Assembly (NCBI GenBank): GCA_019057385.1
Contig: JAHQJS010000004.1
Location: 1,044,727-1,108,726 of the forward strand
Reading direction: 5' to 3'
DNA: 64,000 nucleotides
Origin: Candidatus Borrarchaeum weybense
Lineage (GTDB): Archaea > Asgardarchaeota > Sifarchaeia > Borrarchaeales > Borrarchaeaceae
Below, piece by piece: positions 9,948 through 18,506 of the stretch. The position numbers and the translations under genes are program-made. The notes beneath the pieces are model-generated. The model saw only the letters and a program-made list of their open reading frames with translations, was not told where the DNA came from and did not search any database. Numbering within the stretch: position 1 is the stretch's first letter; every line of letters begins with the position of its first letter.

Positions 9948-10298
9948 TTATCCCTCCTTTTCAAGTTCTTCTAATCGTTTTCGAACGGTTTCTATTTGAT
10001 CTTCAAGGAACTGTAGTTGTTGTGTGAGCATTTGTTTTTCTTGCTCAGCTGGTAATGTCCCTGGTTGGAAAGGCGTTGTCGCCATCATGCCTAAAGTTGG
10101 TACTCCTGATGTAGGTTGTGCTGATTGGAGGTAGGACAAAAACTGCGGCATTAGTCCGCTCTGCATGATCCATTGTGCGGTTGGAGGCAATCCAGTCGGA
10201 GATCTACCCAACCACCCTGGAGAGAAACCAAATCGCATCCATCCAGGAAGCCCAGTCATCTGATACATCCAACGATATCGATAACCCATTTTCATCAC
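9948..10298 (-). CDS. DUF5320-like protein, copy 2
   Basis: YRWMYQMTGLPGWMRFGFSPGWLGRSPTGLPP plus C-terminal coiled coil EKQMLTQQLQFLEDQIETVRKRLEEL. Confidence 0.8.
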   Translation of the reverse strand: MMKMGYRYRWMYQMTGLPGWMRFGFSPGWLGRSPTGLPPTAQWIMQSGLMPQFLSYLQSAQPTSGVPTLGMMATTPFQPGTLPAEQEKQMLTQQLQFLEDQIETVRKRLEELEKEG

Positions 10299-10429
10299 CT
10301 CACTAATCTGTTAGAGATAGGAAGGCTACAAAGATAGGGCATTGCCCACCACCTTCTAGGCAGCCATGGAAACCATCTGCAGGACCAAGAGGTAGTAGAA
10401 CCTAATCTGACACCTCTACCCCGTCTCAT
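10295..10429 (-). CDS. Unannotated 44-aa Arg/Trp-rich peptide (paralog of the 9945 N-terminus)
   Basis: MRRGRGVRLGSTTSWSCRWFPWLPRRWWAMPYLCSLPISNRLVR*; ATG 2 nt after the upstream TAA, TGA overlaps the next GTG. Confidence 0.7.
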   Translation of the reverse strand: MRRGRGVRLGSTTSWSCRWFPWLPRRWWAMPYLCSLPISNRLVR

Positions 10430-10431
10430 CT

Positions 10432-10797
10432 TTACCCCTCCCTCTCAATTTCTTCTAGTCTCTTGCGAATGCCTTCTATTTGATTTCTAAGGAAATCTAA
10501 TTGTTGTGTAAGCACTTGTTTTTCTTGTACTGCTGGAACTGTCCCTGGTTGGAAAGGTACTTGTGGCATCATACCAGGAGTTGGTACAGTTGTTGGTTGC
10601 CCTGATTGAAGATATGATGTAAATTGGGGTAATAATCCGCTTTGCGTAATCCACTGTGCTGCAGGCGGCAATCCAGTCGGAGATCTACCCAACCACCCTG
10701 GAGAGAAACCAAATCGCATCCATCCAGGAAGCCCAGTCATCTGATACATCCAACGATAGCGTCCTCTACCACCTCTACCACCTTGACCATATGACAT
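10432..10797 (-). CDS. DUF5320-like protein, copy 1
   Basis: GGRGGRGRYRWMYQMTGLPGWMRFGFSPGW plus C-terminal coiled coil; GAGGTGA SD. Confidence 0.85.
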   Translation of the reverse strand: MSYGQGGRGGRGRYRWMYQMTGLPGWMRFGFSPGWLGRSPTGLPPAAQWITQSGLLPQFTSYLQSGQPTTVPTPGMMPQVPFQPGTVPAVQEKQVLTQQLDFLRNQIEGIRKRLEEIEREG

Positions 10798-10842
10798 TTT
10801 TTATTCACCTCATTAGTTTGTTGATTATCATCAATAATGGGA

Positions 10843-10854
10843 TTATGCACAAAA
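10843..10854 (-). promoter_or_regulatory. TTTTGTGCATAA operator-like site just downstream of a TTTATATA box
   Basis: Identical 12-mer on the opposite strand at 11022-11033 and related site at 13566. Confidence 0.5.
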
Positions 10855-11021
10855 ATATATAAATTTTTCTGTGATGAACTTACTTACTTTTCTGTCAATG
10901 TCTTATTAAATTTCTGTATTTCAATAGAATTTAACTATTTAAAATGTTTGTTGCATTATGAATTATTAAATTCGACTTTTTAGTTAATTACTCAACAAAA
11001 AGATATTTAATTCTACAAGAA

Positions 11022-11033
11022 TTTTGTGCATAA
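11022..11033 (+). promoter_or_regulatory. TTTTGTGCATAA operator-like site next to TATA box (TTTATAAA, 11039-11046)
   Basis: Repeated motif upstream of the NifX-CDF operon. Confidence 0.5.
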
Positions 11034-11145
11034 TAAACTTTATAAAAATTGGCCTCACAAAACATCATACTATTGTTATAATTAAAAAGAGATCACCTTT
11101 TAATAATATAAATTTAAGACCTGCACAGTGAAATGAGGGTAAAAA

Positions 11146-11505
11146 ATGAGAATAAGTGTTCCAAGTATGGGAAATAAAGGCTTAGAAGATATGGTAGGAC
11201 AGCACTTCGGAAGAGTGCCGACGTACACAATTTGGGATTCAGAAACCGAGAAAGTCGAAATTGTGTCAAACACAAGTGAGCATATGGGTGGAACAGGCCT
11301 CCCGCCTGAACTTATGCACGCACATAAAGTGGACATTATGTTATGCTCTGGATTGGGTCAACGGGCAGTCCAAATGTTCGAGCAAATGGGTATAATGGTT
11401 TACGTTGGTGCAATGGGGACCGTAAAGGACACCATTGAGGCATGGAAACGAGGGGAATTGCAAGAAGTAACTGATGAGACAGCATGTCAGGCACATCGGC
11501 ATTGA
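11146..11505 (+). CDS. NifB/NifX-family (FeMo-co binding fold) protein
   Basis: HFGRVPTYTI, GLGQRAVQMF, C-terminal ACQAHRH. Confidence 0.9.
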   Translation: MRISVPSMGNKGLEDMVGQHFGRVPTYTIWDSETEKVEIVSNTSEHMGGTGLPPELMHAHKVDIMLCSGLGQRAVQMFEQMGIMVYVGAMGTVKDTIEAWKRGELQEVTDETACQAHRH

Positions 11506-11570
11506 ATGATTTATCATGGCATAATTACCTGTCCATCCATTTTTGCAGAGAGCGTGTTTAGGTGGACTAA

Positions 11571-12791
11571 TTGACAAAAGAATCAGATATTGCCAAAATT
11601 CGAAACGCAGCGATAATAGGCACGGGCATAAACGTTTTTCTTTCAATTATAAAATTCTTAGCGGGCTCTATTACGGCAAGTATCTCTCTCATCGCTGATG
11701 GAATTAACTCTTTGTCAGATGTCTTCCCATCTCTTGCAGTGGCCGTCGGGATTAAAATTTCAGAACGCCCACCTACTGAGGACTTCCCGTATGGATTCCA
11801 TAAAATCGAAAATTTCGTCAGTTTATTTATCTCCCTCGCTATTTTTTATGGCGCTTATGAAATGATAACAGCAGCTATTGATCGTTTTGTGGCTATTCAA
11901 GTAATAGAAAATCCAATAGTTGGAATTATTACTGCAATTGTTTCTATCATCACACTGTTCGTAATTTCCACATATAAAATCAAAATCGGTAAACAAACTA
12001 ACTCTCCAAGTTTGCTTGCTGATGGCGAACACAGCCGTGTAGATGTTTTTGCCTCGTTGGCTGTGCTAATTGGAGTTTCGGGGGCATTTTTCGGCATATA
12101 TATTATGGATGCCATCGCTGCAATTATCGCAGCAATTTTTGTAATTAGGGCTGGCTATGAAACATTCAAAGCTTCTACAAAAGTGTTACTTGATGCTTCT
12201 ATTCCTTATGACGCCCGAGAGCAGATAAAAGAAATAGCCCTAGAAACTTCTGGTGTCAAAAAAGTACAGTGGATACGTGCACGAGGTTCTGGCAAGTATT
12301 TTTTCGCTGAATTGAAGATTGAGGTAGATGCACACATTGATGTGGAGAAGGCTCAACTACTAGTTGAGAAACTTAAAGCGAACATAAAAAACCAAGTGGA
12401 GAATATCGATAACGTCCTCATCTTACTAGAACCTAAGAAAAAGGAACTGATACGCATCGCTGTACCAATAGAAGAGGATCAAGGTTTAAAATCTCCAGTT
12501 TTTCCTCGTTTCGGGGAGACCGCGTATTTTGCCATTATTGATATAAGAGATGATGCGTTATCCGATATGACAATTTTAGAAAACCCGTTTAGGAATGAAC
12601 CAAAACGGAAAGGAATATTGATAGCTGAATGGTTAGGCGATCAACAAAAAGTCGATAAGGTATTCATTAAAGAGCCCCTAAAGAAGGGACCAACGTATGC
12701 GTTCGATAGCTATTATGTTCAAGTTACCGAAACTAAACTTGATTCACTGAAGGACATAATAGCGGAGATCAGCAAAAAAAAGGTGCCATAA
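11571..12791 (+). CDS. Cation diffusion facilitator with C-terminal NifB/NifX domain
   Basis: ADGINSLSD, FPYGFHKIE, ADGEHSRVD; C-terminal IAVPIEED...PRFGETAYF. Confidence 0.9.
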   Translation: MTKESDIAKIRNAAIIGTGINVFLSIIKFLAGSITASISLIADGINSLSDVFPSLAVAVGIKISERPPTEDFPYGFHKIENFVSLFISLAIFYGAYEMITAAIDRFVAIQVIENPIVGIITAIVSIITLFVISTYKIKIGKQTNSPSLLADGEHSRVDVFASLAVLIGVSGAFFGIYIMDAIAAIIAAIFVIRAGYETFKASTKVLLDASIPYDAREQIKEIALETSGVKKVQWIRARGSGKYFFAELKIEVDAHIDVEKAQLLVEKLKANIKNQVENIDNVLILLEPKKKELIRIAVPIEEDQGLKSPVFPRFGETAYFAIIDIRDDALSDMTILENPFRNEPKRKGILIAEWLGDQQKVDKVFIKEPLKKGPTYAFDSYYVQVTETKLDSLKDIIAEISKKKVP

Positions 12792-12801
12792 AAATTCTTT
12801 T

Positions 12802-13383
12802 TTAACTTTGCTCTTGACAGAATTTAACAAACTTCTGCCCATGAAACCACGTTCTGCTCAGTAAATGCTGGTGTTCCTGTTTTATCGGGTTGACTCTAAG
12901 ACTTATTCGTTCGAGATTGGCGAGTTTTTCTAATCCCTTAATCTCAGTTATTTGATTGATGGTGAGATCCAACTCTTTAAGGTTGATCAGCGTCTCCAAT
13001 TCCTTAAGCTCAGAAATTTGGTTGCGTGAGAGATTCAGATATTCGAGATTTGTAAGCGTTTCCAGACCCTTGATCTCACTAATCTTGTTCCGATATAGAC
13101 CTAATCTTCTAAGCTTCGTCAAGTTATCCAGACCTTTAATCTCTTCGATCTGGTTTTTATTGAGGTACAGCTCTTGGAGGCTGGTGAGCGTTTCCAGACC
13201 CGAAATTTCTTTTATCGTATTCTCACAGAGAATAAGACTTTGGAGAGAAGTAAGATCTGCCAAATCTTCGATCTCTTCAATGTCGCTAATTCCCTCGTGA
13301 TAACGAAAGAGCCGGGATCTACCTGTTTCAGCTTCTCTTTCAACAAAATATTGCTTTCCTTTAAAAGTAACTGAGTCGGTCAT
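12802..13383 (-). CDS. SDS22-like leucine-rich repeat protein
   Basis: ~6 repeats of 22 aa, LxxLxxLxLxxNxIxEIKGLE. Confidence 0.9.
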   Translation of the reverse strand: MTDSVTFKGKQYFVEREAETGRSRLFRYHEGISDIEEIEDLADLTSLQSLILCENTIKEISGLETLTSLQELYLNKNQIEEIKGLDNLTKLRRLGLYRNKISEIKGLETLTNLEYLNLSRNQISELKELETLINLKELDLTINQITEIKGLEKLANLERISLRVNPIKQEHQHLLSRTWFHGQKFVKFCQEQS

Positions 13384-13565
13384 GGATACTCACTTAATAC
13401 ATACTTAACGATCTATATAAATGCTAATTGAAGGAAGAGAATTAATAATAGTTCCTGAACAAAGTGAAACTTAAAATAAGATTGATTTCTTCTTAGATTA
13501 ATGCAGTTCATTATTTTAGTTGACATTTATGATCATATTTCGTTATCAGAGTAAGACTTATAAAT

Positions 13566-13579
13566 TGTGCATAAGCACA
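13566..13579. promoter_or_regulatory. Palindrome TGTGC-ATAA-GCACA directly after a TATA box (TTATAAAT)
   Basis: 5-4-5 inverted repeat sharing TGTGCATAA with the 10843 and 11022 sites. Confidence 0.55.
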
Positions 13580-13589
13580 TAAATACAGG

Positions 13590-13605
13590 TTTAGGTTTAC
13601 CTAAA
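13590..13605. promoter_or_regulatory. DtxR/MntR-type operator TTTAGG-N4-CCTAAA
   Basis: TTTAGGTTTACCTAAA palindrome upstream of the DtxR-family gene; second copy at 20422. Confidence 0.7.
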
Positions 13606-13752
13606 TCACCCATAAATTAATCTTGTTATCACATTCGATAGTTTTTACATTCAAGTTATTGAAACCAAGCATGAGTTACTTAAGGATATAATTACCGAGA
13701 TAGGCGAAAGAAAAGCACCCTGAAAAATCCTAGTATTTAAAATCAGATTTAG

Positions 13753-14184
13753 GTGTTTGAACAAAAAATGGAGAAAAATAAGATAAACAAAATCGAAGAA
13801 GAATACCTAAAAACCATTTACCAACTTATACAAAGTAAAGGTCAAGCTAGAGTTTCTGATATTGCTAAGAAACTATCTATTCGACCAGCTAGTGTGACAG
13901 AAATGATTCAAAAGTTATACAAAAAGGGCTTCGTCTCCTATGAACGTTACAATCCCATAACTTTAACGCAAGATGGTGAGGTTTTAGCAAAAACCGTAGT
14001 CAAAAGGCATGAAGTATTGAAAGAATTCCTACAAAGATTTCTTGGGATCGATAAAAAAATTGCGTCAGAAGATGCGTGCAAAATGGAACATGTGGTTCAT
14101 GCTGAAACTATGACTCAGCTAATAAATTTCATGAACTTCATTCGTAAAACCCCAAATTTCATGAAATGGCAGAATTTGGACTAA
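13753..14184 (+). CDS. DtxR/MntR-family metal-dependent repressor
   Basis: EEYLKTIY, PASVTEMIQKL, KRHEVLKEF and EDACKMEH motifs. Confidence 0.92.
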   Translation: MFEQKMEKNKINKIEEEYLKTIYQLIQSKGQARVSDIAKKLSIRPASVTEMIQKLYKKGFVSYERYNPITLTQDGEVLAKTVVKRHEVLKEFLQRFLGIDKKIASEDACKMEHVVHAETMTQLINFMNFIRKTPNFMKWQNLD

Positions 14185-14294
14185 AAGACTTTAAGAATTT
14201 GCTATATAGACATTTCAAAGCAAATCTTGTTTAAGGATTGACCTATTATGATCACCTTAGATTTTAAATCTGTATATTTTTTGGAGGTGAAAAT

Positions 14295-14933
14295 ATGATC
14301 GAACGAATTGTTGTGAGTTCACAAAGTCAAGGGGGATTGGACGACATGGTGTCACCCGTGTTTGGACGATGTCCTATCTATACGATCGTAGATATTGATT
14401 TGGATAAAAAGGAAATCAAAGAAGTTACCACGGAAAATAATCCCGCTATGGGCGCTATGGGAGGCGCAGGCATTCAAGCCGCACAATTAATCGGTAATCT
14501 GGGTGCTAAAGCCGTCATCTCAGGAAATTTTGGCCCTAACGCCTTCATAGCCCTCCAGCAACTGGGAATAAAAATTCATGCTGGTGTTTTCGGCATTTCT
14601 GTAAAAGAAGCTGTAGATCAGTATCTTGCAGGAAGTTTAACACCCGTTACAGGTCCTACCGCTCCAATGCATGCGGGCATGGGCATGGGCATGGGTCGTG
14701 GTATGGGTATGGGACGCGGCATGGGTATGGGTCGTGGTATGGGTATGGGACGCGGCATGGGTATGGGAATGGTTACTCCCCAACCTGGAGCGCCGATGGT
14801 TGCCCCTCCACCTACACAACCTTTAAGTCGAGAAGATGAAATTAAATTACTTAAAGACCACCTAAAAGCTATTGAAGAAGAAGTTAGTCGTCTAAAGTCC
14901 CGTCTTAATGCATTAAAAGAAGAGGATAAGTAA
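14295..14933 (+). CDS. NifB/NifX-family protein with GMGRGMG repeat linker and DUF5320-like coiled coil
   Basis: VFGRCP, GAGIQAAQ, GNFGPNA; Gly-Met repeats; EIKLLKDHLKAIEEEVSRLKSRL. Confidence 0.88.
   Translation: MIERIVVSSQSQGGLDDMVSPVFGRCPIYTIVDIDLDKKEIKEVTTENNPAMGAMGGAGIQAAQLIGNLGAKAVISGNFGPNAFIALQQLGIKIHAGVFGISVKEAVDQYLAGSLTPVTGPTAPMHAGMGMGMGRGMGMGRGMGMGRGMGMGRGMGMGMVTPQPGAPMVAPPPTQPLSREDEIKLLKDHLKAIEEEVSRLKSRLNALKEEDK
14676..14768. repeat. 18/36-bp coding tandem repeat (GMGMGR units)
   Basis: atgggtcgtggtatgggtatgggacgcggc repeated with period 36. Confidence 0.9.
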
Positions 14934-14982
14934 GACTGACTCTCTTCAGCTTTCTTTTTTTACTTCATTTAAATTTTGGATC

Positions 14983-15963
14983 TTATCCTTCACTCATTAT
15001 TTTTTTCGTGACATCTGATTTGAATTTGCGGAGAATGAACTCGTGGTTCATGTAACTAAGTTTTACTATTTTATTTTCTTCTAAGAGCTTATTTATAACT
15101 TCTTCGGGTTGTAAACCTCTTTCAGAAAAAAACTTGTGTGCATAATCGACCATCATCGGATGAACTGAGGTTATTGCTAGAAATCCGTGAATAGGATCTT
15201 TTGAAACACTATCAAACAAAGCATCTTCATAACCTGTAAGTAATTCCACATGTTTCTTTCCTAAGTGATTTGAGAATATTTCATGAGCCATTAAAATAAT
15301 TTTTTCATCTGCGGGTTCAACCCATGGTTCTGCTGGAGGTCTCGTGGGTATCGCAATATAAGCAATATCTACCTTCATTTCGGAAAGAAATTGAGCAATT
15401 TTGGTGATTTCATCCTCTCGATCATTAATCCCTTTAATGAGCATTGTCTCCGTTATGATCCGTCCCTTATATTTTTTCGAAAAATTTACTATGCCGTCTA
15501 ATATTTCATCGAGTTTTAGCTTTGGATGTGGTCTATTAATCTTTTTCCAGATTTTTTGAGTTATTGCATCAATCTTTATGGATACAGTATCTCCATAGTA
15601 TATGTCGTCTTTAACATCATCTCGATACATTAAAGACGCGTTTGTAATGACTGCCACTTTTGTAGAACGTTCTTTTTTTATTTCAGCGATTTCAAAACCT
15701 AGATTTTTGTCTAATGTTGGTTCTCCGTCAGGAACAAAAGTAATATAGTCTATGGACGCATCAAACTTCTTAGCTTCTATTACAATTCTTACAAGTTCAT
15801 CGGGGTTGTAGTACTCGTTACGTTCGATTTCAAAATGTTGTGTTCTGCCAATCTGACAATAAACGCAAGAATAACTGCAATTTTTATAAAGTACATTATT
15901 AACCCCCAAAGACATGCCTAATCGTCTCGATGGAACAGGTCCAAATACTACTTTTTCCGTCAT
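14983..15963 (-). CDS. Radical SAM protein (FGPVPSRRLG family, often found with NifX/DUF134 clusters)
   Basis: FGPVPSRRLGMSLGVN, CSYSCVYC, DGEPTL; start moved to ATG 15963 with AGGTGA SD. Confidence 0.85.
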   Translation of the reverse strand: MTEKVVFGPVPSRRLGMSLGVNNVLYKNCSYSCVYCQIGRTQHFEIERNEYYNPDELVRIVIEAKKFDASIDYITFVPDGEPTLDKNLGFEIAEIKKERSTKVAVITNASLMYRDDVKDDIYYGDTVSIKIDAITQKIWKKINRPHPKLKLDEILDGIVNFSKKYKGRIITETMLIKGINDREDEITKIAQFLSEMKVDIAYIAIPTRPPAEPWVEPADEKIILMAHEIFSNHLGKKHVELLTGYEDALFDSVSKDPIHGFLAITSVHPMMVDYAHKFFSERGLQPEEVINKLLEENKIVKLSYMNHEFILRKFKSDVTKKIMSEG

Positions 15964-16236
15964 TGATGCTTCACCTGAATGCAAGTGACGCTTGCATTTT
16001 TTTTACTTTTGCGATAATTGTCGTGTTTATCAATATTTCTTTAAATGGCATTGAAAGATTTTGAAAAGCTTTAGTGACACCAGCATTGAAACATTATTTT
16101 GCATAGATATTTCTATAGTTAGAAAAAAGCAAAATCGAATGGCGGAATTCTTCCGTGAAATATTTAAGTAAGCTCCCGAGAAAATATTTAGAGGTCTTTT
16201 TATAATTGATAATAAAAACGAGGAAAGAGATAGAAA

Positions 16237-16923
16237 ATGAGGAAAGAGATAGCGGTTGTGGGAGTTGTTATTTTAGTTTTTGGGCTAGTTTTAGCAGCCG
16301 CAGGAACGAGGACAACGTACCAAAGCGTTGAATATACTGAAAATCTACTTGACACTTCTTACACTCTTCCAGACAATTACTATGTGTATTGGTACACGGA
16401 TCTAGATGCAGGAGATAAGGTATCAGGATCGATAGAAACCACCCAACCAGTGAACTTCTTTATTTTCACTTCGAATCAGTTCAACGAATGGCAGACAACC
16501 TACGCATACTCATTAACTGCACCCTCAGTTGTCACAAGAACTAATTCGCAAAGTATGGCATTCAGCGCAACTATCCAGTCCACAGATACGTATTATTTAG
16601 TTGTGTATAACGATGGACTCACAAGTTGCGAAATAACTTCAATACAAGTTGACAGAGCTTACTATGAAACTGTAGAACGTCGAGATTATACATTAAACAT
16701 GATCGGCGGAATATTGGCTTTAGTTGGGATTATTATAGCAGCAGTTGGCGCTACACGAAAAGAAGTTGAAAAAGAAGCTCCACTACCTACTCCAGTTGAG
16801 CCTGCACCAGTAACACCTAAACCTGAGCCGACAATAGAACCAAAACCGGAGTTTTGTCCTTCCTGTGGTTCGGAAGTTCCAGCTGGTACGGAATTCTGTC
16901 CGCACTGCGGTTCTGCAGTTTAG
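16237..16923 (+). CDS. Membrane protein: signal anchor, beta-rich external domain, TM, Pro-rich linker, double zinc ribbon
   Basis: Two hydrophobic segments; PLPTPVEPAP linker; CPSCG...CPHCG. Confidence 0.75.
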   Translation: MRKEIAVVGVVILVFGLVLAAAGTRTTYQSVEYTENLLDTSYTLPDNYYVYWYTDLDAGDKVSGSIETTQPVNFFIFTSNQFNEWQTTYAYSLTAPSVVTRTNSQSMAFSATIQSTDTYYLVVYNDGLTSCEITSIQVDRAYYETVERRDYTLNMIGGILALVGIIIAAVGATRKEVEKEAPLPTPVEPAPVTPKPEPTIEPKPEFCPSCGSEVPAGTEFCPHCGSAV

Positions 16924-16974
16924 CACGGATTCCATACGATTTTTATTTTTTTTAAGATTTGCGTCAGCATCACT

Positions 16975-17481
16975 CTATTTCTTCATAGGTAGAGCGAATG
17001 TCTCTGCAAGGAGTTTTACTTGTTCTTTTGCTTCCCAGAATTGACGCGGAAAATAAATTTCGATTATTCCACGAAGCCTGAAACTAATGTCATTGAATTC
17101 ATCAATGAATGCCTGGGCATCATCCTTCGTTTTTATGTCCTCTATGATTGTTTTCGACTTTTCAATGATGTTCTCAACGGTCGTTTGTTCCACTTCTTCG
17201 ATAAAACGACTAAACGTTGATATAGGGGAAATTATTTTTTGTAATCGAACGACGGTAGTTTTTCCTATCTCTCGAACTTCAACAAATCCAGTTCTTTCTA
17301 AGACTTCTAAGTTCTCACGAACTGTTGCAGTGTCAAGTCCAGTGAATTTTTCTAATATGCTTGCAGCTGCGCATCCACCAAGCCCTATTGTCGTCATCAA
17401 GAGCTTCATGCGTTCTTCTGAAGAAAACGCTTCTACCACATCGCAGCATAATGGCTTTGGCACGAACTTTAACTTTGACAT
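16975..17481 (-). CDS. ArsR/SmtB-like winged-HTH regulator with N-terminal CC pair and helical C-terminus
   Basis: LCCDVVEAFSSEERMKLL...TVRENLEVLERTGFV. Confidence 0.65.
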   Translation of the reverse strand: MSKLKFVPKPLCCDVVEAFSSEERMKLLMTTIGLGGCAAASILEKFTGLDTATVRENLEVLERTGFVEVREIGKTTVVRLQKIISPISTFSRFIEEVEQTTVENIIEKSKTIIEDIKTKDDAQAFIDEFNDISFRLRGIIEIYFPRQFWEAKEQVKLLAETFALPMKK

Positions 17482-17597
17482 ACAATTCCCTCTCTATATA
17501 ATATAGAATCGTTCACATAAAACCTTTAGTCAATAATCTAAATTCACTTAATTCATAAAAATTATGGAAGAGGAAATGTTCTACATCGAATTTTCTG

Positions 17598-18506
17598 CTA
17601 AGAAAATCTTAGACTTTGAAGAAGTCTTTCTGCAATTAGTTTCAATGATACGGCTGCAGGACTCTCTGGCGCATAGGTAACAATTGGTTCTGCTTGGCCA
17701 ATAGAATATGGTACATTCTTATCGAGTGGGATCTCTCCAAGCACCTCAACGTTATTCTTTCTGGCTATTTCGAGTATCTGGACTTTTGACGGTTCATGTA
17801 TATCCGATTTGTTGATAACAAGTCCAATCCCTAGTGGAAAATGTTGTGCAATATATGTGATCCTTTCGAAAGCTTTCATTGCAGAAGGTGTTGGTTCAGT
17901 TACGATGATGACATAATTCGCTCCCGTTATAGCGGCTATCACTGGGCAACCTGTCCCGGGCGCACCGTCAACTAAAAGAATATCTGCATTTACCTTTTGT
18001 GCCTCTTCTCTTCCCCGCTTTTTAATTTCTGTAACAATCTTGCCAGATCCAGTCTCACCGATAGCTATCTGTCCCGTAATTATTGGAAATCCGTCTGTAT
18101 TGTTCTGTGAACTGATAACTTTTCCCCCCCGTACTGCACGTATCTCTATTGCCTCTTCTGGACAAAGTATTGCACATTTTCCACAGCCTTCACAGAGATA
18201 TGGTATGATTATTGGTGGTTCTGCCAAATCTGGTTGCATTATTGCGTTTTCACTGCAAGATACAACGCATTGTCCACAATGGGTACATCTGTCAGCAAGG
18301 ATGAAAGCTTTTTCTGACACCTCAATTTCGTCTTCAACTCTTCCATCGTCCTTTGCGCTCAAGAGCAATGCTAAATTTGGTGCGTCGACGTCAGCGTCCA
18401 ACGCCACAAGGTTTAGATTCTTTTCGCGAAATAAAATGGCTAGTGCTGCAGCAACTGAAGTTTTTCCAACTCCGCCTTTTCCCGAGACTACCACAACTTC
18501 TTTCAT
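17598..18506 (-). CDS. MinD-family P-loop ATPase with inserted 2x[4Fe-4S] ferredoxin
   Basis: SGKGGVGKT, DADVDAPN, CTHCGQC/CEGCGKC, DGAPGTGCP. Confidence 0.92.
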   Translation of the reverse strand: MKEVVVVSGKGGVGKTSVAAALAILFREKNLNLVALDADVDAPNLALLLSAKDDGRVEDEIEVSEKAFILADRCTHCGQCVVSCSENAIMQPDLAEPPIIIPYLCEGCGKCAILCPEEAIEIRAVRGGKVISSQNNTDGFPIITGQIAIGETGSGKIVTEIKKRGREEAQKVNADILLVDGAPGTGCPVIAAITGANYVIIVTEPTPSAMKAFERITYIAQHFPLGIGLVINKSDIHEPSKVQILEIARKNNVEVLGEIPLDKNVPYSIGQAEPIVTYAPESPAAVSLKLIAERLLQSLRFS

